In this document: positions 56,983-64,000 of the stretch, piece by piece
Layout of the letters: each line of letters starts with the position of its first letter
Position numbering within the stretch: the first letter of the stretch is position 1
From: Williopsis jadinii
Taxonomy: Eukaryota
Assembly: GCA_024346625.1 (NCBI GenBank)
Contig: AP024666.1
Location: 124,001-188,000, forward strand
DNA: 64,000 bases
Direction of reading: 5' to 3'
Translations under genes and position numbers: made by a program
The notes under the pieces: model-generated
The model's database searches: none
What the model saw: only the letters and a program-made list of their open reading frames with translations
Told to the model about the DNA's origin: nothing

Positions 56983-58683
56983 ATGTCACGTGTCCTTCCT
57001 CAGATCGACCTCAGTGGGCTGTCCGTGGAGGACAAGAAGGAGAACGAGTACGGTGCGCTGACGTCACAGAAGTACCGTTATACATGTGTCTCGAGACAGG
57101 GCAAGCCGTTGCCAGACCCTATAGAGGATGAGCCTCCGTATTATGTGCTGCTGATCACGTATCTCAACTACCTGATCCTCATCATCGTGGGACACGTCAA
57201 GGATTTCTTTGGAATCAGGTTCAAACCTAAGAAGTACGCCGACCTCTTGGAACATGACGGCATGGCTCCTTGGTACAACAAGTTTGAGTCCTTTTACATC
57301 AGAAGAATGAAACAGAAGCTGGATGACTGCTTTGCCAGACCAACGTGCGGTGTGCCTGGCCGTCTCATCACGTGTATCGACAGAGACCCTCATGACTACA
57401 ACAAGTACTTTACATACCCGGGGACGACTTCAACTTGTTTGAACTTATCGTCGTACAACTACCTGGGGTTTGCACAGAGCGAGGGTGCCTGCACGGACTC
57501 TGCTATTGAAACCGTGGAGAAGTATGGTATCGGTACAGGTGGTCCAAGAAACGTGATTGGAACTATGCAACTACATAGAGAAACTGAGCGTACCATTGCC
57601 AATTTCATCGGAGTGGAGGATTCTATACTGTTCTCTATGGGATACGCCACGAACGCTTCGCTCTTCTCTTCCATATTGGATAAGAAGTCGCTGATAATAT
57701 CGGACGAACTGAACCATACCTCGATTAGAACAGGTGTCAGACTCTCTGGTTGTTCTGTCAAGACATTCCCTCACAACAACATGGATGCATTGGAAAAATT
57801 GCTCAGAGAGCAAATCTCTCAAGGTCAGCCTAGATCGCATAGACCTTGGAAAAAGATTGTTGTTGCAGTGGAAGGCTTGTACTCAATGGAAGGTACGATG
57901 GCCAACTTGCCCAAGCTGATTGAACTGAAGAAGAAGTACAAGTTTTATCTCTTTGTCGATGAAGCTCACTCGATAGGTGCCATTGGTCCAAGAGGCCGTG
58001 GTGTATGTGACTACTTTGGAATTGACCCTAAAGAGGTTGATATTCTTATGGGCACTTTGACCAAGTCGTTTGGTGCTGCTGGTGGTTACGTCTCTGGTTC
58101 TCAGCAATTGATTGATAGATTGAGATTGGATATCAATGCTCAAAACTATGCCGAACCTATTGCTGCTCCTGTCCTCGCACAGATATTGAGCTCCATGAGA
58201 ATCATCATGGGTGAAATTAACCCAGGAGAAGGACGTGAAAGACTGGATAGAATTGCTTTTAACTCGCGTTATTTGAGATTGGGATTACAAAGATTGGGAT
58301 TCATCGTCTATGGTGTGGATGACTCGCCAGTCATTCCATTGTTGCTCTTTGCACCAGCCAAAATGCCTGCATTCTCTCGTATGCTATACAAGAGAAAAAT
58401 TGCTGTTGTCGTTGTTGGTTACCCAGCTACACCATTGACCTCGTCTCGTGTTCGTCTATGTGTCTCCTCTGCTCTAAAGAAGGAGGACATTGATTACCTG
58501 CTTCGTCATCTGTCAGAAGTTGGTGATAAATTGTTCCTCAAATTCAGCTCCGGTGTTGCTGGTGGTTCATTAGATGGTAAACCTCCAAGATGGAATATCG
58601 AAGACGTTATCAGGGAAACTCCAGAAGATTGCAAGAATCCAAAGTTCTTTGTCGGGACAAGCGCAACTACAGAGCCAAAGTGA
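56983..58683 (+). CDS. LCB2: Serine palmitoyltransferase subunit Lcb2
   Basis: NLSSYNYLGFA, SDELNH, EGLYSMEG, VDEAHS and the PLP-lysine motif GTLTKSFG. Confidence 0.97.
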   Translation: MSRVLPQIDLSGLSVEDKKENEYGALTSQKYRYTCVSRQGKPLPDPIEDEPPYYVLLITYLNYLILIIVGHVKDFFGIRFKPKKYADLLEHDGMAPWYNKFESFYIRRMKQKLDDCFARPTCGVPGRLITCIDRDPHDYNKYFTYPGTTSTCLNLSSYNYLGFAQSEGACTDSAIETVEKYGIGTGGPRNVIGTMQLHRETERTIANFIGVEDSILFSMGYATNASLFSSILDKKSLIISDELNHTSIRTGVRLSGCSVKTFPHNNMDALEKLLREQISQGQPRSHRPWKKIVVAVEGLYSMEGTMANLPKLIELKKKYKFYLFVDEAHSIGAIGPRGRGVCDYFGIDPKEVDILMGTLTKSFGAAGGYVSGSQQLIDRLRLDINAQNYAEPIAAPVLAQILSSMRIIMGEINPGEGRERLDRIAFNSRYLRLGLQRLGFIVYGVDDSPVIPLLLFAPAKMPAFSRMLYKRKIAVVVVGYPATPLTSSRVRLCVSSALKKEDIDYLLRHLSEVGDKLFLKFSSGVAGGSLDGKPPRWNIEDVIRETPEDCKNPKFFVGTSATTEPK

Positions 58684-58810
58684 TCATCTATATGTTACAA
58701 CTCCCTGTGATCCCCCTATTCATCTCATCTAATACTCTATTGTCTCACACATACAACTAATACACACAATGAAAAGGACGTGCTTTCCCTCTATTGTACT
58801 TTTCTTTGCT

Positions 58811-61093
58811 TTACATAATAACACAGTCAGTAATTCCCAGACCGTACATGGCCTTTTCAACGTCCTTCTTCACTTTTAACCAATCTGTTCTCTTTGTAAC
58901 AAACTCGTAGATCTCCTCTTGTCTGAATATACCGTTAAACTTACTCAAATCACCGATAAGTTTACCCAATTCTTTCGAATCATCTTTTGAAATGAGGTAC
59001 AGTTGACCCACTTGTTTCAATGCTGCGAAGTATGGAGTGATATTCTTCTGTCTTAGCGTGTTCACGATGAAATCGTAATACAAGTTCAGGTCACAAATCA
59101 GAATAATGGCACCATTCGTAGAGATTTGTCTCTTCTTGATGTTCTTGACAATCACCTGGAAGAATCTCTCTCCAATCTCCTGTTGGAACACGTCTATGAC
59201 ACCCTTTTCTGTTGATCCATTGAGCAAATTGATGTGGTTGGAGAGAAGCTTAACCACCGTCTTTGCACATTTTGTTGGTCCATTTATTGTGACAGCGATA
59301 TCCTCTGACTTGGGGTTGAAATCATTAGGTAATTGGAGAGTGTTGAATAAGAACTCAATCTCATCCATCAGCTTATCGATACCAATGTTCAGACCGTTGG
59401 CAACAAAATTGTCTAATGTAGCCTCAAACCGTTTCTTGGCCTGGTTAGCATTGTTCAAGAACTCATTCTTATCGAGAATCTTCTTCTGAACCAATTCGTT
59501 CTCATAAAAGATCTCCAGCATTTGATATATCAAATCACCAATATTTATCAATTCGGTGAACTTCACTAGAGGCTCCACTGTATTAAGTGACTCCAAGCTT
59601 TCTAAGGACTTGAACTCTGTTGGATCATATCTGTTCAGCACATCAATGGCCTTTTCAAAACCTGGTTTAACGTGGTATATCTCCAAAATACCAATTAGTT
59701 TTATGAATATGAGTTCAATGTGTTCATTTATTCTCTTCTTGTCGATAACAGAGCCGTCAATTGATTCAAAGACAAGAACAGAATCCACCTTAGCCTTTGC
59801 CTGGTTGATAATCTCTGAAGAAAGTTCGAAATTGATGTAGTTCTTTAGGTTCTTCAAGTTCTTTGTTATGACTTCCAGGTTTGTCTTGAACTTAATCTCT
59901 TCAGCATTGGAATCTGACTTGGAGAACATTTTGGTGAAAGAGGTCAACAGTTCAAACTTATTTGTCTTGTTCTCGTCTGTATTGTACTCATTCAAGATGG
60001 ACTTGTATATGTTCTCTTGCTCTAACTTGTCCTGCTCTTCGTAGTCCTTCTCAAACTTATTGATCTCCTCTATGGAGTTCTCTTCGAATAGCGTTATTGT
60101 TTCTTCCAGATATTGCGCAACAAGAGGTTCAAAGTACAAGTTAATGAACGTTCTTGTCATGACTTTATAGTTCTTTCCCACGTTCAGGGAGTCATTGAGA
60201 TTTGAAACAAAGTTCACTAGCAGTTCGTAGTAGACGATTGGGACGACCTCCATGTTCTTATGGCACTCCTCTGACAGGAACTTCCCAATGATCTCCTTCT
60301 CCAGGACTGACTCCATGTACATGAGCATGACCGGAAGCTGTTGACCAAAACATTCATCAATGACTCTAGATTTATCGTTGAAGTACTTAACAAGGTCCTG
60401 AATAACTGTGGACAGTGCCTCTTTATCCAGCTGATTGCCAGAATCTAGAATAGTGTCAGGGAAGAAGTCGTAAGGGAATTTGTTCTCGTCTTTGAAGAAC
60501 TGTACCATATTCTCCTCCTGGTCCAATATATTCAGAGTCTCAACTAGCAGTGCTACGATCGAGTAGTCTTGATTATCAAAATTGTCTCTCATCTCGTCAA
60601 ATTTGATCTTTGTGAACTTGTTGAGAAAGTTCTGTACTTTATCACTGGTCTCGAGATATACAACGTTATCGGCGTCGTCCATGTCGGCGTATTTACGCAG
60701 GTTAACCAAGATCCTGGCTTTGTCTTGTTCTGATATCATCTTGCTGCCAAACACAGAGCCATAGCTATCTTCATCTGTTAAGTCCAATGCCATCAGATTC
60801 TTTATATAGTCCGTCAATAGTGAATGGATCAAGACACATGTCTTTGTAGGATCAGAGGTTTTCCGGACTTGGAAAGCTGTGGTGGCATCAAATTCATCCA
60901 GCAGCAAGGGATCCATGAACTGTGGATCATAGATGATATGGGTCTTCGAGAGTCTGGCTTTGTAATAGTCCAGATCGCTAGGTCTCAAGGCACTTGCAAC
61001 CTCTTCGCTAACCTGTTGTAGGGACAATCGGTCCCCAATGGATAGGTGTCGTCCAATTGAGCCAACAACGGTTGGTGTTTTCAGCAATTCCAT
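58811..61093 (-). CDS. RCY1: Recyclin Rcy1 (degenerate F-box plus Sec10-like domain)
   Basis: VEPLVKFTELINIGDLI, FEATLDNFVANGLNIGI, EEIYEFV..R.DW motifs and a CAAX end (CVIM). Confidence 0.92.
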   Translation of the reverse strand: MELLKTPTVVGSIGRHLSIGDRLSLQQVSEEVASALRPSDLDYYKARLSKTHIIYDPQFMDPLLLDEFDATTAFQVRKTSDPTKTCVLIHSLLTDYIKNLMALDLTDEDSYGSVFGSKMISEQDKARILVNLRKYADMDDADNVVYLETSDKVQNFLNKFTKIKFDEMRDNFDNQDYSIVALLVETLNILDQEENMVQFFKDENKFPYDFFPDTILDSGNQLDKEALSTVIQDLVKYFNDKSRVIDECFGQQLPVMLMYMESVLEKEIIGKFLSEECHKNMEVVPIVYYELLVNFVSNLNDSLNVGKNYKVMTRTFINLYFEPLVAQYLEETITLFEENSIEEINKFEKDYEEQDKLEQENIYKSILNEYNTDENKTNKFELLTSFTKMFSKSDSNAEEIKFKTNLEVITKNLKNLKNYINFELSSEIINQAKAKVDSVLVFESIDGSVIDKKRINEHIELIFIKLIGILEIYHVKPGFEKAIDVLNRYDPTEFKSLESLESLNTVEPLVKFTELINIGDLIYQMLEIFYENELVQKKILDKNEFLNNANQAKKRFEATLDNFVANGLNIGIDKLMDEIEFLFNTLQLPNDFNPKSEDIAVTINGPTKCAKTVVKLLSNHINLLNGSTEKGVIDVFQQEIGERFFQVIVKNIKKRQISTNGAIILICDLNLYYDFIVNTLRQKNITPYFAALKQVGQLYLISKDDSKELGKLIGDLSKFNGIFRQEEIYEFVTKRTDWLKVKKDVEKAMYGLGITDCVIM

Positions 61094-61235
61094 CGATCCA
61101 GCAGTATGAGTTGCAATAAGGATGACTATGACGATAACAACAAGTCCAATAGGTTGTTCTCAATGGACACCAACCACATGGAGAAACCGTTACAGGTGCT
61201 GGACTATATGTCCTGCTCCGTCTCCTATGACATCA

Positions 61236-61338
61236 AGACACCCAGACACCTAATAACCTGGACACCACCTCATCCAGACACCTAATAACCCGCACATCAA
61301 ATATTACATACATCCATACACCACACAACCCGCACACC
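61236..61338 (+). promoter_or_regulatory. Cluster of about six Rap1-like sites in the RCY1/SEH1 divergent promoter
   Basis: ACCCAGACACC (61240), ACCTGGACACC (61256), ATCCAGACACC (61272), ACCCGCACATC (61288), ACATCCATACACC (about 61308) and ACCCGCACACC (61328). Confidence 0.6.
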
Positions 61339-61474
61339 ACAGAAATTTATAAACGTCCCGGCCTCGTTGCCTTTCCCTTTGTTGATGCCTTCTACATCAT
61401 CAAAAGCTCCATCTCAGAACCCAATCTCCTCGGCTTAGACCAGCTACCATCCTCTCATTCAGCCATATACTCCA

Positions 61475-62488
61475 ATGAAACCATTTGCCACGAACCACGA
61501 GGAGCTGATCCACGATGTTGCGTACGATTTCTACGGTAAACAGCTCGCTACCTGTTCCTCGGACCAACACATCAAGGTGTTTGACCTTGATTCAACTACC
61601 AATGAATGGATCCTGAACGATTCATGGAAGGCACATGATTCGAGCATCGTGAAGCTGAGCTGGGCTGCGCCGGAGTTCGGTAAGATCATTGCGTCCGTTT
61701 CGTACGACAAGTCTGTGCGCATATGGGAAGAAGACCTGGACGAGCCACATGGATCAGGCCGTCGCTGGAAGAAGCTGGCAACATTGCACGATTCCAACGG
61801 CCCGTTGTACGACGTGGCCTTTGCCCCAAGCCACCTGGGCCTGCGTTTGGCTACGATTGGAAGTGATGGAGTGTTGAGGATTTATGATGCTCTGGAACCA
61901 GCAGACTTGAGATCATGGACAGTGACCTCTGAGGTTTCTGTGCTGTCCATTGCTCCTGCTAACCATCTACAGAGTGATTTTGCATTGGACTGGTGTAAAT
62001 CGAGATTCTCGCCTGAGAAGCTGGTTGTGTCTGCCTTGGACCAGGCTTTTGTATACAACAGAGATTCCAATGGGAAACTGGTGCGTGCTGCCACTCTCCC
62101 TGAACATGGGGGTCTCATCAGGTCTGTATCTTGGGCACCTTCCATGGGTAGATACTACCAATTATTGGCCACTGGCTGTAAAGACGGCAAAGTGCGTTTC
62201 TTCAAGCTCACAGAGAGACTCTCAACGGCACCAAGACCGTTGAATGGTAAGTCACCAGATGTGGACGAAGATATGGTGGATGCCGATGCACCAAACGTCA
62301 ACATCCAAGTGGACCTCGTTGGCCAACACGATGATCACCACGGAGAAGTATGGTCTGTTTCCTGGAACCTTACAGGTACCATATTGAGCAGTTCTGGCGA
62401 TGACGGTAAAGTGAGACTATGGAAGGCCTCCTACAACAATGAGTTCCAATGCCTCAGTGTGATATCTGCTGAGCAGAAGGACGTATGA
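61475..62488 (+). CDS. SEH1: Nucleoporin/SEA complex WD40 protein Seh1
   Basis: HEELIHDVAYDFYG, ATCSSDQ, SWKAHD, WAPSMGR and WNLTGTILSSSGDDG motifs. Confidence 0.96.
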   Translation: MKPFATNHEELIHDVAYDFYGKQLATCSSDQHIKVFDLDSTTNEWILNDSWKAHDSSIVKLSWAAPEFGKIIASVSYDKSVRIWEEDLDEPHGSGRRWKKLATLHDSNGPLYDVAFAPSHLGLRLATIGSDGVLRIYDALEPADLRSWTVTSEVSVLSIAPANHLQSDFALDWCKSRFSPEKLVVSALDQAFVYNRDSNGKLVRAATLPEHGGLIRSVSWAPSMGRYYQLLATGCKDGKVRFFKLTERLSTAPRPLNGKSPDVDEDMVDADAPNVNIQVDLVGQHDDHHGEVWSVSWNLTGTILSSSGDDGKVRLWKASYNNEFQCLSVISAEQKDV

Positions 62489-62616
62489 AGTATCTGGTTG
62501 GAATGCTTACACGATGCTAAAGTGATGAGAATTGTTCCATTAGAAGAAATCAGAATGTACGAAATATTTAATGAAGGGTAATAAAACAAATCATTAATCT
62601 TATCCACTGCCATTGC

Positions 62617-63999
62617 CTATGCCCAGTTACCTAAGACGGACATGACTATCATCCCCACGATGAGAGAGAAGAGTGCACAGCTTGTCTTCCATAACGAAGC
62701 AGCTGCCAAGGTACCAAAGAGCCAGTCATGTGCCCACATCTCTACAACACCTGTCCAAATGAGGACCCCTGCAGAGAATGAATCCAGGGTTCCGAGGGCA
62801 ATCAGCGTACTTCTGTCACTACCGTTGAACTGTGACAGGACACCGATACCAATAGCCATGCCAATTGGCGTAATAACAGCAAAGACTGAGCCCATGATGA
62901 ACTTCATCCAAAAAGTTGTGTTCTCTAACTGCGCAATTCTAGAGCCGAGCGCAATACCTTCGAACAATTGATGGAATAAAATAACAATGAATAGTGTGAT
63001 GAAGTAGGAATCACCAGCAACCACCAGTGTGATACCTATGAGAATGGAATGGAAAATGATACCAGCCTCCATGGTCAAAACGGAGATCTTATCATCTGGG
63101 TGTAGCAGTCCGTGAGAATGGTGATCCATATGCTGTACGTCTTCAGCTTTGGACCGTGATGTGTTCTTCTGCTCAGATTCGACGGATCCTTCGTCGTTAG
63201 CTGATACAGTCGAAAGTTCAGGGCCTGCTTCTATAGTGTCCTTTTGTTGCAATGTGCTGTTTCTCCATTGCATCAGTCTATTGGCAACGTATTCGATGAT
63301 GAATGCGAGGAACAGGCCTGCCATTGTAATGGCAGCACCGGTGGCCTCATAACCCACATCACCAATACAGTCGTTGACCCACATCAGGTTGGCGTGAGTG
63401 ATTAGATGGACGAACGCCGTTGAGATGATGATACCGGTACCAAACTGTTTGAGTATAACAAAGATGATGTTCTCCATAGAAAGCTTGAACAGTTTATTGA
63501 TGAAGAGAGGCCCCAGGGACCCCAAACCAGATGTTACCAAGATGACGAACAACAGGCCAATTCTCAGTGGGATGTCATAGTCTCTTTCAGTTCTCTCGCA
63601 AGACGTTTCTGAACTACCTCCAGTACAGTGCTCGACACCGGCATGGAAGTGACAGTTCTCACCACTACTGGAATCAGTCGTCTCAGAGCTTGCGTTCGTC
63701 GATTCAACAACAAATTGAAGCTCCTCTCCGTTATCATCGAGACAATACGTTTCAGATGCGTCAATATGACACCCGGTATACGTTGTTTGTCCTTCAGAAG
63801 TGACAGTTGGAGCACCAACCATCTCACCTTCAATGTCACCTGCCATACAATACTGAGTGGTGTCATGGTAATGACAACCTGTGACAACAGATGGCATGGA
63901 TGTGACACTCGCAGTGGCTGTGTCAGTGGCTGTTGAAGAGGCTTCTTCAACCTCAGCTGCGAACTGAACCTCTTCTCCAGAGGAATCAAGGCAGTATGT
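62617..63999 (-). CDS. ZIP zinc transporter with extended Cys/His-rich extracellular N-terminus (Zrt1/ZrfC type; 5' partial)
   Basis: KQFGTG, TAFVHL, EAGIIFHS and FHQLFEG motifs, a His-rich loop HMDHHSHG, and N-terminal CHxH..YC and CHFHAGVEHC. The frame is open to the window edge. Confidence 0.93.
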   Translation of the reverse strand, partial: TYCLDSSGEEVQFAAEVEEASSTATDTATASVTSMPSVVTGCHYHDTTQYCMAGDIEGEMVGAPTVTSEGQTTYTGCHIDASETYCLDDNGEELQFVVESTNASSETTDSSSGENCHFHAGVEHCTGGSSETSCERTERDYDIPLRIGLLFVILVTSGLGSLGPLFINKLFKLSMENIIFVILKQFGTGIIISTAFVHLITHANLMWVNDCIGDVGYEATGAAITMAGLFLAFIIEYVANRLMQWRNSTLQQKDTIEAGPELSTVSANDEGSVESEQKNTSRSKAEDVQHMDHHSHGLLHPDDKISVLTMEAGIIFHSILIGITLVVAGDSYFITLFIVILFHQLFEGIALGSRIAQLENTTFWMKFIMGSVFAVITPIGMAIGIGVLSQFNGSDRSTLIALGTLDSFSAGVLIWTGVVEMWAHDWLFGTLAAASLWKTSCALFSLIVGMIVMSVLGNWA

Positions 64000-64000
64000 T

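Noticed and set aside
61236..61250. Telomerase RNA template candidate (AGACACCCAGACACC)
   Set aside because: It sits in a 380-bp divergent promoter, too short for a typical yeast telomerase RNA; Rap1-type sites are the simpler explanation.

Overview
A gene-dense stretch of a budding-yeast (Saccharomycotina) chromosome. The standard genetic code, short introns, single CIK1/VIK1 and CLN1/2 homologues and overall gene content fit a pre-whole-genome-duplication yeast, possibly Cyberlindnera/Wickerhamomyces (inference). About 33 protein genes are recognisable, in order: SDS23 (partial), an OYE/YqjM-type flavin reductase, MED7, HRT1, PHA2, ATP11, MSB1, a SWIRM protein, IES4, four tandem phospholipase B genes, NPR2, ALG7, an HD-domain nucleotidase, OLE1, YAH1, CIK1/VIK1, HFI1, BBP1, a G1 cyclin, a MATE transporter, RAD14, CIN8, RRN11, HRD1, an OPA3-like gene, HSP60, HTZ1, LCB2, RCY1, SEH1 and a ZIP zinc transporter (partial). 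Eight spliceosomal introns missed by the ORF track were reconstructed by hand. I found no tRNA, rRNA, CRISPR array or intact transposon. Most notable observations: (1) the PLB array appears to diversify its anchoring, with one plainly GPI-anchored copy, two with a Kex2-type KR site before the GPI tail, and one that lost its GPI tail by a nonsense change, leaving a fossil tail in the 3' UTR; (2) HTZ1 has two +1 frameshifts in the same A-G-GTC context; (3) a six-unit 15-bp array of bZIP sites lies between the HD nucleotidase gene and OLE1; (4) a Rap1/telomere-like ACCCRGACACC motif recurs in intergenic DNA; (5) the OYE and Hsp60 proteins carry unusual conserved-site substitutions. Gene names come from recognising motifs and synteny from memory; no database search was run.
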